DNA of 64,000 nucleotides, from the NCBI GenBank assembly GCA_951406725.2, contig OX597840.1, positions 37,324,001-37,388,000 of the forward strand. Direction: 5' to 3'. This DNA comes from Octopus vulgaris. Taxonomy: Eukaryota. Position numbers and translations under genes: made by a program. The notes beneath the pieces were generated by a model, which worked only from the letters and a program-made list of their open reading frames with translations, was not told the origin of the DNA and ran no database searches. The stretch's first letter is position 1. Each line of letters starts with the position of its first letter. This document shows, one piece after another, positions 1-12,565 of the stretch.

Positions 1-338
1 ATCGCAGTTTTGTCACTGGCTTAAAACAACGCGGCTCTGTCTACGTTTGAAATATATAGATTCGGTATTCATTTCTGGCGATCAAAGGACACCTTTGATA
101 ACCCCGGCTCTGCATAGTCGTGCTGACCTCTGGTTAAACAGTTACCAAAACCAAATATATTAACGACATGATTTGATCTAAAAGGTCAATGCAAAAACAA
201 ATATTTAAACAACTATCAAACGCTAGAAATTGTAGAAACTAGACGATATTCACCGATATCGTTTTTATCAATGAAAGAACATTGTTTCACTGTATTGATT
301 CAGTTTAGACGAGGAAAAGTCTTTCTCTTAAATCTCAC

Positions 339-391
<53 letters not shown>

Positions 392-750
392 TGCTGTCCG
401 TCTCTGTCTGAGGCGCGCACATACGCTGACACACAATTTTCTACGTGCAAATGTGTGGGTGTATTTGGTCTCATTAAGATTACAGCTGCTATTTCCACAC
501 ACACAAACACACGCACACACAGACAGACAGACACACACACACACACAGACACACACACACACACACATATATATATACATACAATATAAGTTACGGTCCA
601 TTTGAAAACTTTCCAAACTACTTCGACACAAATGTTTAGGCCTCAGAGTAACAACTTTTCTGTTGTCGGGCAATTGAGAGAGAGAGAGGAAAGAGACAGG
701 AGGGACACTCACATATACATGCACACTCACACACTCATATAGTCACGTGC

Positions 751-1093
751 GTGATCACACACCTATATATACATACATATAGGTGCTCACACATCTATAT
801 ATATATACATACATATAGGTGCTCACACATCTATATATATATATACATACATATAGGTGCTCACACATCTATATATATATACATACATATAGGTGCTCAC
901 ACATCTATATATATATACATACATATAGGTGCTCACACATCTATATATATATATACATACATATAGGTGCTCACACATCTATATATATATATACATACAT
1001 ATAGGTGCTCACACATCTATATATATATATACATACATATAGGTGCTCACACATCTATATATATATATACATACATATAGGTGCTCACACATC

Positions 1094-1100
<7 letters not shown>
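751..1100. repeat. Minisatellite, ~36-40 bp unit (TA)n-CATACATATAGGTGCTCACACATC
   Basis: Nine copies of GGTGCTCACAC plus one degenerate first copy; the units differ only in (TA)n length. Confidence 0.95.
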
Positions 1101-1134
<34 letters not shown>

Positions 1135-2049
1135 ATATATACATACACACACGTACGTTGAAGGAATTCAGAAATTAATTTTTGCAACTAACAGGTATAA
1201 AAGAAAGAAAGTGGAACCAATTATAATGAAAGAAAGGATATAAAATAACCATAATTGCAAGCAATCTGCAATTACTTTATAATTACTGCTTTAATTAATG
1301 AGTTTCATAACGATTTTAGAAAACACTTGGAACGCATTGTAATTAAAGTAAAAAAAAAAAAATTGAAGAGAAAACGCTGCGTTTTCTTTTTTTCGCCTTC
1401 ATAATTGAAAAAACAATTAATTTGCGTCTAAAATATATTTCTTTTATTCCTGTCAGTGTCTTTATTTGAGTTTTGCGTTGCTAAAAAATTTTTGGTAGGA
1501 CTTAGTGAAACAAACAACAATTTTGCTTCGATAATTACACGTATTATATAAATGTTATATGCCCCCTAAACAGAACAAGAGCGTTCGTCGAGCGAATACG
1601 TCATATTAACAGTGACACAATGATCATGTGATCAAACTTTTCTTCTTCTATTATTAAATATAAATATTCTGAAACTTTCATTATTTCTCGGTTGAACTAA
1701 TCCATTAGCAAATAATGTGATGCAATCAGCTCCCTTCAGCTGGGTAATGTCACGTAATTTTCTTCTTCAGTGTTGACAGATTGTTCTTTTATATGAATTA
1801 AATACTTGCTGATGTACCTTATTATTGCCTTCGAAAATAATTGTTTATAGCACTGACAAATCCGTTTTCTTAATTGAAATATTTGTGGCATATTTAATTT
1901 GTGTTCGCAGCATCTGAATCGCCCTTTCTCTTTCCCCTAACCTTTGATCCATTGTTTAAAGGTCGTAGAGCGATTTTCGAGAGCATTTTATCCAGAGTTC
2001 GCCTGATAAGTCATCAAATATAATTTCTCTCGTATGACAGAAGCAATTA

Positions 2050-2360
2050 GGATTGTGGTTTGGAATAAAGCTTTGTTCCCCTGATACGTTGCTGCGGTAT
2101 CGATACCCATGCGTTCAACCACGGAAAACTGTCCCCAATGTTGGTTTTGGATCCGCGAATTTGGGACCCAGCAACTATGTAGGTGTAACTGCGACGGTGA
2201 AGCAGTATCTAATGTTGGCTCGTAAGGAACACACCTGGTGTCTGGATGTCTTTGGCTGGACCTCCCTGCAACAACCATTCGGTTCTGGCTTCTACTTCGA
2301 GGATATCTTTGTCGGTTTCAGTAGTCACAGAGTCCAGAAAAAGGGTCAATGATGCCCTAA
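2050..2360 (-). mobile_element. Highly decayed Tc1/mariner-superfamily transposase fragment
   Basis: The minus frame reads VVAGR... and CWVPNSRIQN...FSVVER, resembling the WPPNSPDLNP...WSVVER C-terminal motif of Tc1-like transposases. Very degenerate. Confidence 0.35.
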
Positions 2361-2945
2361 CACAACTGTCTACACAATTAAAAATATTTCAATAGTGAAT
2401 ATTAAGAGAACAATGACCGATGAATCCTTATTGGGGGTGGACAAAATAACCGACCAAATTGCCACTTTGGAATTTTAAAATCGAAATCAAGACATGATTT
2501 GATGACCCAAGGTACATAATAGATTTGGTGAACTCCGGTGCGATTCGAACTTTGAAATATTTTCTATCAAAATATGTGTTTTTATGGTAGTTTTCGAAAT
2601 TGGGAAAAGAGATCAATTTTAACAAGAAAATTACAGCAAAGCGGTGTTTGTGGTGTCAAAGGTGGCGCACGGACCGTCATACAACTTGTTTGACATTGCG
2701 CATTTATTAACCCCTACCTTTCTATTTTGACATGCGCATTGCCTTATTATTATTCTCTTCCTTTTCACTAATTCAGTGTGCACATGCGCATTGTGTGTTC
2801 ATACTTCTTTTCCCGGTTCCAACTCAAAATCCTTTAAACATCACGAACCTGTGCATTATTACGCTTTGCGCTCCGGTGGTTGTGACGAAAGGATTCCACA
2901 AGTATTGTCAATATTAAAACTTCATTATAGTTTCGTTACTGCTAC

Positions 2946-3110
2946 GGCGAGTTGGTAGAATCGTTAGCACGACGGACAAAGTACTTAGCGATGTTTCGTC
3001 CGTCTTTACGTTTTGAGTTTAAATTCCACCGAGGTCAACTTTGCTTTTCATCGTATCAGGGTCAATGAAATAAATACAAGTTGAACACTAAGATCAATGT
3101 AATCAGCTTA
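2946..3110 (+). mobile_element. SINE family A, degenerate monomer
   Basis: Matches the better copies (e.g. 57716-57944): GGCGAG.TGGTAGAATCGTTAGCAC head, GAGTT.AAATTCC B-box, GGTC.ACTTTGC.TTTCATC body. Confidence 0.85.
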
Positions 3111-4679
3111 TAATTACCTTACTGTGTGTTCATTCAGTATTAATCTTTCAAGAGTTAAAACATCCTGTACTGTTGAAATTATGCTACGATTAACAGAGCA
3201 TATTTTAGTCGGTTGTTGAAAGAAGGAACCGGCCAAAGTCCAATTTTAATTCATCTGTGACTTGTGGTAGGAAAAGAAGAAATTTATCTAAAACTCTTGA
3301 CTGCCATCGATACCTACAAAAGAATGGACTCAACTCCACATAGCCACGGGTGTCTAGTTAGAAGTGTGAATTAGAATGACGGATTCAGTCTATTACAGAA
3401 AAAAGAAAGAGAATAACCTAGCCGATCAGGGGTTTCTACATAGTTTCTCCCCTACCATATTCTAGTCAGTTTATGATTCAAATTGTTAGTAGATCTGAAG
3501 TTATGGAAGAAGCTTTTCGCTCGAAGACAAAGCTAGATCGTACACTACATAATTACGAAGCGAATTTCATGGCTACACACTGTTTAGATAAGATGTGGAA
3601 TACACATACAAAGGAATGAACTCTTAGTAAATTGGAAGCGGATATTTGGTAATAGAGTCCCAGATGCTTTCTCAAGCACTTTTGCACTTAGCTCTGGCAA
3701 ATCGGATTCATTCGGTGCTGAGTAATAACAATAATACTGCATGCATTTCCAAAGAAATTATATTTATAGGGGTTATAGCATGGAGCAAAATTACAGTCTG
3801 CAGGAGCGAATCAAGAGATATAATATTAGCAATTCCAGTAATACAGTTTTATAGGCTGAGCAGGATTAAATGATACCATTTTGCGGGATTTATTCGTTGA
3901 TAAAAATCTTTATTTTCGTTGTTGAAGACCAAAAAAGAAGGGAACTATTGTAGGTCGTTTTTATGATCTTATTGTTCTACTCTAGAAATCAGCAGAGAAC
4001 GGATCGAATTTAACAGAGAAAGACTTGCTTTATAGAACACACGTACACTACACTACGTATAAAAAGAACGGCAAAACTTCAAACACGTATATTGAATAAT
4101 ATGATGACAAGAACAATGATGATGATGATGGTGATGATGATGAGGATGATGATGATGAGGATGATGATGATTATGATGATGAACGTTTGAAGTTCATCCC
4201 TTGCTTTTTTTTCTTCCTATGCAATATAATGTACGTGCGTTTTATAAAGCAATTCTGTATCACATTCAGTTGTCACTTCCATTCTTGTTTCCATTCTTCA
4301 AAGAGGAAAGTAAAGTTTTCGTCATTAGCAACCCCCACTCTCCATAAAAACAGAAAATGGCATCGTTTAAACAGACCTTGACATTGACAGCGTGCTGCTA
4401 ATGAGCTGGACTGACATGGCACATAGAAGTCCATGAGAGTGGTAGAGGTCAGTCATCGCTGAAGAAGAGGATCCTAAGAGAATATAGCTTCAAGAAAGTG
4501 TCTGTTGTCCTGAAAAGTGAAAGGAATGTGACGAACGAAATTAAGCTTAATGAAATGCCATGGAGATATCTTTAGCCGAGCAGCTTCCACAGCACCGACT
4601 GGAAATTGAAGGTCGTCAACGGACGGGACGACAGGATAAGAAAACACCTGACATTAGGCATGACAGATGACTTGGAAGC

Positions 4680-4900
4680 AGATGTCTAGTAGATGTATGT
4701 ACCAAAAGGTTTAGGAGAACGAGGTTTAATCGAACTTGAAATAAGACAAAAGCAATATTGAGCTATGCGTGTTTACCTGACAAAAACAGGTGACCCACTT
4801 CTTCGATTTGTTAAATATATATTAACTCTATCAAAGAAACATTTATATTATTCTAGAAAGTATGAAGTTCCAAAAATCACGCAACAGGAATTGGGACAAC
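4680..4900 (+). mobile_element. Decayed R4/Dong-like LINE fragment (post-RT region)
   Basis: Translates MYVPKGLGERGLIELE, similar to the RLYxPRxxGGRGLxxLE motif of REL-clade LINEs. Confidence 0.5.
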
Positions 4901-5361
4901 TATCATTTATGCGAAATGAGTGAAGCAGAAGGCAGAACACATTGGTCAGCTGTAACTGCAGAAAACACGGGAGAATTGAGTAATGACCCAGGTAGAAACT
5001 GAAGATGACGAAGTATCACTGGGGTAGAAGCAGTGACGGACGAAGTAACGGTAATTGCTACAAAAAAGAAGAAAAAGGAAATAGAATTTCCCAGTAAGAT
5101 TCTCTGACCACTGAGTCATTAAGTGGAATGAATGCACAATAGAAGATCTATAGAATGCATGAAAACAACTATCGATGATATTAGAGTAACGTTTACAGGG
5201 AAGACGCGTGGCTTCCTCGAACGGAGGAAAGGCTATGGTGACCGAGATGGAATTTGGTTTGCAAACATAAACACGGACGAAAGGCCCGGCGTGCTGACAA
5301 TTCTGGCAGATTGCTGCCATAAACAACAACAACAACAACAGTAATAATAATAATAATAATA

Positions 5362-5393
<32 letters not shown>

Positions 5394-5407
5394 TAATAAT
5401 AATAATA

Positions 5408-5577
5408 ATAGCAATAAATTTTGGTACAAGTCCAGCAATTTCATGGGAGACGTTGAGTTCATTAGCGCTCAGCTGGTACGTATTTAATGGACTCCGAGAA
5501 CATGAAAGGCGAACTTGACTCCAACGGAATTTGAACTCAGAACGTACAGAGCCTGAAAAACTGCCGCTAAGCATTAT
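5408..5577 (-). mobile_element. SINE family A, degenerate
   Basis: Contains GGAATTTGAACTCAGAACGTA and GCCGCTAAGCATT, the reverse complement of the family A head; next to (AAT)n. Confidence 0.75.
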
Positions 5578-6846
5578 TGCCTCTGATGTATTCGAGGTCG
5601 ATAAAATAAAGTACTCCTCAAATAATATGGTCGACTATATCGACTAGTCACTTCTCACCTGAAAATTCTAGGTTTCATGCCTAACCCAGAAGCCATTGTC
5701 AATGTTGCTTGCTGTTGTTGTTGTTGTCGTCGTCGAATTTTTTGCTGTTACAATGATGATGATGATAATGGTGGCGAGCAGGGTTCAAATTATGGCGATG
5801 CTGATGATAATGGTGATGATCCTTATTATTGATGGTGAGGCCAATAATTGATATTGTAATTGCTACTGATTATCATAATCATCATCATCATCATTATCAT
5901 CCTTATCATCATTATTATAAACCTTATCCACATTCCCGCCCCTCCCCCACATCCGCACCGCGTGATGCTCTACAAAACAAATTGTTCCAAAGAATTCCTT
6001 AGTTATTTCGGTAACGTCTGGTTATTATGCGAATTGTAAAGAAACATTAGAAGGGCCAGCGGTGGCGGAAGCCTCAATTTTGTCCGTGGTGGTGGTCGTG
6101 GTGATTGTAGTATGAACAGTAGCGGTGTTGGTGGTGGTTCTGCCATAGGCAGTGGTAGCAGTAGTGGCTGTAGTGGTGGTGAAACTGTGTGGAGGGGATT
6201 ATATTTAGGGATCTCGCTAAGATGGTGAAATGGTCGTGTTAATGGTGGCCGTAATTTTGACAGCTGTATGAGTGATAGTAGTAACAGTGGTGTCGCGTCT
6301 GTTGCGGCGGTGTTGGCGGGTGTTGTAGTGGTTGTTGTCTTGTGATAACGATGCTTCTCGCAGTATTGATAATTGTCTTAGTTGTAGGTGGCGCTGTTGC
6401 ATTGTTTTCTTTTTTTTTTTACTTATTATTGTTGTTAGTTGCGTCTGTGTTAAATTTGATAGTAATCGTGTTACTGTTGTTGTTGTTTCGGTGGTGGTGG
6501 TCGTGGTGGTGCTGGTCGAAGATGTATGAATGGTTGGCGATGAAACGTTATTTGTGCCGGATCTGATGTTGCTGTTGTTATTGATGTCGTTAATAGTGGT
6601 TGTGTTAAAGATGGCTGTTGTAGCCTCGCTGGCGGTGGCGATGGCGGTAAACGTGATGGTGTCGATGGTGGTGAAGGCGATGGTGGCGATGGTGGACGTG
6701 TCATTCCTAGGCATTGCTAATACTTCAATGGTATCGTCTTTCTTTTTATAGACTCTTAAACACTTAAAACAAGCAATTAATTGCACTTCACACCTTTTCG
6801 CCGATTTTTCTTCCTACACACGCCAAATAGCGCCGCACGCGCCCGT

Positions 6847-6880
<34 letters not shown>

Positions 6881-7003
6881 TCATTGCTTCGAAACGTATA
6901 TACTCACACACACGTTGATATCCATGCATTCACAAGACATACACTGACACACATGCACAGACATACTTGACAGATGCATACACACACACAGACGGTCACA
7001 CGT

Positions 7004-7034
<31 letters not shown>

Positions 7035-7699
7035 CACACACACACATTGATACACACACAGACGGGCACACGTACACATACATACATATATGTGTACATA
7101 TATATACTTACACGCACACACAGGCGGTTACATGTACACACACACGTATATATATATATACACACACACATTGATACACACACACACAGACGGTCACACG
7201 TACACATATATATGCACATAATATATATACACATTGATACACATCTCTATACACATTCGCACAGACACATAGAAACACACTGACAAACACAGAGACACAT
7301 ATATAGACACATACGCAGATAGGCAAACAGATCTGTGGACACACAGACACACAGACAGACGCACATCCAACATCACTCACGCTGTCCGACATCACTCACT
7401 TTCGTTGTCGTTACTCTTCTTTCATTTTCTGCTTTTAATCATTTCAATCAGTTTGAATTGAGACAACAGCGAACGGGAACGAATAGAGATCGAGTTACTC
7501 AAACACCAGCTTCTAAAACAACAACAAAACAAATTCACAGTTGGAATGGTGTTGTTGTTGCTGCTGGTGGTGGTGGCAATGGTGGTGGTGCTGATGGTGG
7601 TGGTGGTGGTGCTAGCGTGAACGTCAGCACTTGTAGTTGTGAAGGATTAATGCTTTGAAAGACAAGAATACGAGATGAATGTGCGCACCACTAAAACAA

Positions 7700-7757
7700 T
7701 AACCAAACGAGAACATCAATGATAACAACAACAAGAACAACAACAATAATAATAATG

Positions 7758-7788
<31 letters not shown>

Positions 7789-7826
7789 TAACAATAATGA
7801 TAATAACAATAATAATAATAATAATG

Positions 7827-7860
<34 letters not shown>

Positions 7861-7937
7861 TAATAATAATAACAATAATAATAATAATAACAATAATAAT
7901 AATAATGATAATAACAATAATAATAATAATAATGATA

Positions 7938-7988
<51 letters not shown>
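7700..7988. repeat. Compound (AAT/AAC/GAT)n trinucleotide microsatellite
   Basis: Directly visible; source of the poly-I/M/L/H/Y ORFs. Confidence 0.97.
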
Positions 7989-8197
7989 GGCAAATTCTTG
8001 CACGAGACCTGCAATTTCGCGTGAAGGGAAGAGACAATTACATGGAGCACAGATCAACAGGTATTTAATTTATCGACCCCGAAAGGGTTAAAGGGAAAGA
8101 CAACCTCGGTGGCGTTTGGACTCAGGACGTAAAGACGGTCGAGATGTCCCTTGACATGTTGCCTGGCGTGCTAAAGATTCTGCCATTTCGCTTCCTT
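7985..8197 (-). mobile_element. SINE family A, degenerate
   Basis: TTTATCGACCCCGAAAGG...CCTCGGTGG..TTTG.ACTCAG.ACGTAAAGAC...GGCGTGCTAA.GATTCTGCCA. Confidence 0.8.
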
Positions 8198-8214
8198 AAT
8201 AAAAAACGAAAAAT

Positions 8215-8505
8215 TAAACCTCCACGACTATCTGAAGTGGGAAATACGACGGTTGTTGGCAATAAGGGGGGTAAACGTGATACCAATAATAATTGGCGTA
8301 CTAGGAATTATCGGCACTGAACTACCAGCCTAGCACAAAAAGATTGCCACAAATGTAAAGGGAGAACACCAAGGAACTGTAAGAATTTTTCGCAAGATTC
8401 TTAAAGCAGGACCACTAAAAAAGTGTCACCTTAGTCTGCTGGCTATGGACAGCTGACACTTTCCATCATACCCAGCAAAATAAGATGAGGGTTTTTATCA
8501 AATAA
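8215..8505 (+). mobile_element. R4/Dong-like LINE 3' end (fragment)
   Basis: Translates LKWEIRRL...VNVIPIIIGVLGII...GTVRIFRKIL, the C-terminus of REL-clade ORFs; followed by a short UTR and (AAT)n. Confidence 0.7.
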
Positions 8506-8510
8506 TAATA

Positions 8511-8727
8511 ATCCTTTCTGTTATAGGCAAAAGACATGAAATTTGGGGCTACGGTTACAGTCGATTATATCGACCCGCAGTACTCAACTGGTATTTAGTT
8601 TATCGACCCCGAAAGGATGGAAGGCAAAATCGACCCCGGTGACATTTGAACTCAGAACGTAAAGACAGTCGAAATGCCGCTAAGCATTTTGCCAGACGTG
8701 CTAACGATTCTAACATCTCGACGCCTT
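8511..8727 (-). mobile_element. SINE family A monomer with type-2 tail
   Basis: Full reverse-complement match to family A, flanked by (AAT)n on both sides. Confidence 0.9.
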
Positions 8728-8734
8728 AATAATA

Positions 8735-9135
8735 ATAAAATATGGCCAATAATAAAGATAAAAGATGTTGCAATTCCAGGCGATTCGGGGGTGACATGCA
8801 AGGAAACAGAAAAGATTGAGAAATACCAGCGACTGCGGGACGAGATAGGAAAGTTATGGGATGAGATAGGAAATTAATGGTGATACGGGTGGTAATTGGA
8901 GCATTGGGAGCAGTTTCCAAGAGATTTGAAAAACATATTAAGAATATTGGAACTGCTGTCAGGCTCGAAGTGATCCAGAAGACAGCATTCTTGGGTACAG
9001 CTCGCATTCTAAGAAGAGTATTGTCTCTGAGTCACAGGAGAAGGCAATACTTGAAACCTTTGGTAATTTGTTATTGTCTGCTTTCAATTAAAGAATAACC
9101 GGTAATTAAAAGCTATCCGAGAGTCTTCCAGAATA
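8735..9135 (+). mobile_element. R4/Dong-like LINE 3' end (REL endonuclease C-terminus)
   Basis: Translates DVAIPGD..KETEKIEKYQRLRDEIGKLW, then after a frameshift VIRVVIGALGAVSK...IQKTAFLGTARILRRVL; ends in (AAT)n. Confidence 0.88.
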
Positions 9136-9138
9136 ATA

Positions 9139-9171
<33 letters not shown>

Positions 9172-9173
<2 letters not shown>

Positions 9174-9560
9174 GGAAGCACAATGCCTCAGAATTGTGGG
9201 AAGGGATTAAGTCGATTATATCGACCCCAGTGCGTGACTGGTACTTATTTAACCGACCCCGAAAGGATGAAAGGCAAATTTGACCTCGGCGGAATTTGAA
9301 CTCAGAACGTAACGGCAAACGAAATACCTATTTCTTTACTATCCACAAGGGGCTAAACAAAGAGAGGACAAACAAGGTCAGACAAACGGATTAAGTCGAT
9401 TATATCGATCCCAGTGCGTTACTGGTACTTATTTAATCGACCACGAAAGGACGAAAGGCAAAGTCGACCTCGGTGGAATATGAACTCAGAGCGTAACGGC
9501 AGACGAAATACTGCTGAGCATTTCTCCCGGCGAGCTAACGCTTCTGCCAGCTCACTGCCT
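9172..9560 (-). mobile_element. SINE family A dimer (184-bp internal period)
   Basis: One head plus two body units; GAAATAC recurs at about 9321 and 9505. Confidence 0.92.
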
Positions 9561-9592
9561 AAATAATAATAATAATAATAATAATAATATTT

Positions 9593-9831
9593 TGCAAGAA
9601 GTGTAAAAGATTGTCTTAACTGGTACATCACACGTATTGAGAAGAGCATTGTCGATGTGAGAACTGTTGCTGCTCATGTATTTTAATTTAACTTAAAAAA
9701 AAAAAAAAAAATGAACGAACTATTGAGTTTGGTTTAATGGCCTACCAATGTATACTATGAGTTTCTTTGCCCTAGGAGTCGGGAAGACACTCGGCAAGAA
9801 ATGGAAGCAAATTTGAAAGAAGAAAAAAAGT
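9593..9831 (+). mobile_element. 5'-truncated R4/Dong-like LINE 3' end, copy 1 of inverted pair
   Basis: Translates QEV*KIVLTGTSHVLRRALSM* plus 3' UTR; (AAT)n on both sides; near-identical reverse complement of 10531-10765. Confidence 0.9.
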
Positions 9832-10530
9832 ATAATAATAATAATAATAGTAATAATAATAATAAGACTATGATGTTCGATCATCAGCAACTACATCAGG
9901 AATCAATGAGAAGAAATAAGGAAAGCGAAACCATAAAAATATATTTAAAACAAAACAAGTGTTAGAGAGAAGAGCAACATAAAAGAAGGCATTGTTGAGT
10001 TCTGGTAATGATTGAAGGATTGTTGAGCCGAGAGGAGCAGAAGAGGATTGTTGGCTTCCAGCTATATTCAAGGCACGATCAAAGAATATCGTTGAAGATG
10101 ATATCAATGTTGGGAAGGAAGTTGTTTTCTGTCAGTCAGTTGCACATTTAGCAGCCATTCGCAGGGAAGGAAAAAAATGAAAACAGAGAAAGACACAACT
10201 CGAAATGGAACTGGGAAAAAGAATATGCAGAGAAAATATGGCCATATTTTGTTGTTGCTCGAGGACTTTGGCTGTTGCTGCTGAACATCATCATCATCAT
10301 CAACAGCATCGACAGTAACAATCTCATCATCATTATGAAGACCGTTTTTTTCCTCTCCAGCTTCTCCTTGAATATTGTAATCATCACCACAATTTAGTAT
10401 CCTCCTCCGCCTCCTACTCATTGTTGTCATTTTTATTACTATTATTATTACTACTACTACTACTATAATTATTATTATAATCATTATTATTATTATTATT
10501 ATTATTATCATTATTATTATTATTATTATT

Positions 10531-11055
10531 ACTTTTTTTTTCTTCTTTCAAATTTGCTTCCATTTCTTGCCGAGTGTCTTCCCGACTCCTAGGGCAAAGA
10601 AACTCATAGTATACATTGGTAGGCCATTAAACCAAACTCAATAGTTCGTTCATTTTTTTTTTAAAGTTAAATTAAAATACATGAGCAGCAACAGTTCTCA
10701 CATCGACAATGCTCTTCTCAATACGTGTGATGTACCAGTTAAGACAATATTTTGCACTTCTTGCAGGGATGGTAAGCCAGGGATCATTCTCATATAATTT
10801 TCGGTTCCCTTCTTGATCATTCTTAGTGCTCCTACGATCACTGGTATTGTAACCGCCTTGAGATGCCACATTTTCTCAATTTCAATGAGTAGGTCTTTAT
10901 ATTTTCTGAGCTTGTCAAACTCTTTCGCCTAGATATTATGATCACAGGGGATGCACATGTCGATCAATAAGCAAACTTTATTGTTTTGGTCTTTCACAAC
11001 AATATCTGGTTTATTGGCCTTGATGGTTCGGTCTGTATGTACTGGAAAGTCCCAC
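10531..11055 (-). mobile_element. R4/Dong-like LINE 3' end with PD-(D/E)xK REL endonuclease domain, copy 2
   Basis: 11054-10698 translates WDFPVHTDRTIKANKPDIVVKDQNNKVCLLIDMCIPCDHNI*AKEFDKLRKYKDLLIEIEKMWHLKAVTIPVIVGALRMIKKG...GTSHVLRRALSM* (one internal stop). It lies between (ATT)n tracts. Confidence 0.93.
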
Positions 11056-11684
11056 TATTATTATCATTATTATTATGGTTATTATTATTATTATTATTAT
11101 GGTTATTATGGTTATTATTATTATTATTATTATTATTATCAATCGATTCTCCGTTCTGATTTTCCCTCAGAATATTGTACATCACTTTCACTTTTTTACT
11201 TTATTCTTCTCATTACTTCTTCACCAACTTTCTTTCTCTCATTCGTGCCTTCGTTTCTCCCTCTTTTTGGGGGATTCATCTTTTGTCTTTTAATTCTCAT
11301 TCTATTCTCGTTCCTCTTCCAGACATTACAATAGTCACAACAACTTTTTCTTATGGAAATTCCAGAAATGACAAACTTTTACCTTTGACTCCTCATGGGT
11401 AACGGAATACTCGCTTTCATGGCAAAGTCTAAACATAAAACAAACACACACACACACACAGATTTATTCCAGTCAGCCATGAATTCATACGATAAATATA
11501 TATACTGACAGTTTGGATGTAGTTTCGCCATTCAAACGAAACTATAATATAATCATCTCGCTCGCTGTGGAGCATTTATCACTCCTATTTGCGCTTACTG
11601 CTGCTCTAAGTGCATTTTAGCTCTTATTTCTAGCAATATAGATGCTACCCTGCGCCGTCAGTCACATCTAGTGACAACCGAGCT

Positions 11685-11865
11685 TTTCCTTTTCCGTTTT
11701 TCTTCTTTCACTTTTATTCTGTTGTCACCGATTGCTCTGTCGATTACTATGACAGTTTTCTTTTCTTTTTTATTCACTACAACCATGTCCCGTTGACCGA
11801 TGTCTGGTCAGGTGATCGCACTGTATCATTGCATTTCACACTGATTTGGCAATTCTCATTCTCTC
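11685..11865 (-). mobile_element. Decayed R4/Dong-like REL endonuclease fragment
   Basis: Translates MIQCDHL..., then after a frameshift DMVVVNKKEKKTVIVIDRAIGDNRIKVKEEK. Confidence 0.7.
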
Positions 11866-11873
11866 ATTATTAT

Positions 11874-12140
11874 TATTCAGGTCACTGCTTGGAATCGCCA
11901 TATGCCCGTGGACATATGGCGTAGAGGTTAAGAGCGCGGGGTACTAACACCAACATTCCGAGTTCGATTCCAAGCAGTGACGCGAATAGAATAACAACAA
12001 CGTAAAATACCTTAGGAATGAGAATCCAGGTTCGAAATTTCCCCCAAGACACCTAATGAAGTCTGGAGAGTATATCAGCTGCAAAGTTGTGTTAACAACA
12101 AACAAGACGAGGACAAGTATTTGTCGAATGTAAATAATGC
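11874..12140 (+). mobile_element. tRNA-headed repeat with inverted 5' duplication and decayed hammerhead-like tail
   Basis: A-box-like TGGCGTAGAGG (11917) and B-box GAGTTCGATTCC (11960); inverted arms 11874-11897/11965-11988; GACAC-CTAATGA-...-GCAAAGTT-GTGTT at 12048-12093. Confidence 0.6.
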
Positions 12141-12359
12141 TCTTCTATTATTATAATTATCATTATTATTATTGAGCAAGAGAGCAGTGCATGCCATCAC
12201 ACTGACACTGGGGTTAAATATACGAAGCCCAGTATACCCATCATGACTACCCGTCTGATAAGGGTACACCAGGAACATGCATCACAACCTTATGTGCACG
12301 ACATGGTGATCTCATATCAAGATAAACTGCTCATCATTATTATTATTATTATCATCATC

Positions 12360-12533
12360 GCTGTTTAATTTTAAACAGTTTGTTTGATGTAATTTATTGC
12401 CGAAAACACCCAGTACCCTAGGAGATGTTGAAATATAACTCAAAGCTTGGCGAGGGGAAGAAATACCTCTACATAATACAACACAAACAATTGAATTGAT
12501 AGGGTTTTTCTAACGATTATTGTTTGGTCGTTT

Positions 12534-12535
<2 letters not shown>
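12360..12535 (-). mobile_element. Short R4/Dong-like 3' terminal fragment
   Basis: Translates IIVRKTLSIQ (compare HILRKTLS) followed by UTR-like sequence; lies between (ATT)n tracts. Confidence 0.45.

Positions 12536-12565
<30 letters not shown>

Noticed and set aside
751-1100. CRISPR-like repeat-spacer appearance
   Set aside because: The variable parts are only (TA)n length variants, the context is eukaryotic and there are no cas genes.
5100-5260. RTE-like 3' tail (TIDDIR...GDRDG)
   Set aside because: The similarity is too weak to call by eye.
6217-6786. 189-aa Thr-rich ORF resembling a mucin
   Set aside because: Degenerate GGT/GTT/GAT trinucleotide low-complexity sequence, open in several frames on both strands, with no splice or domain evidence.
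11913-11985. Functional tRNA gene
   Set aside because: A- and B-boxes are present, but the acceptor and anticodon stems do not pair cleanly and there is no poly-T terminator; treated as a repeat head.
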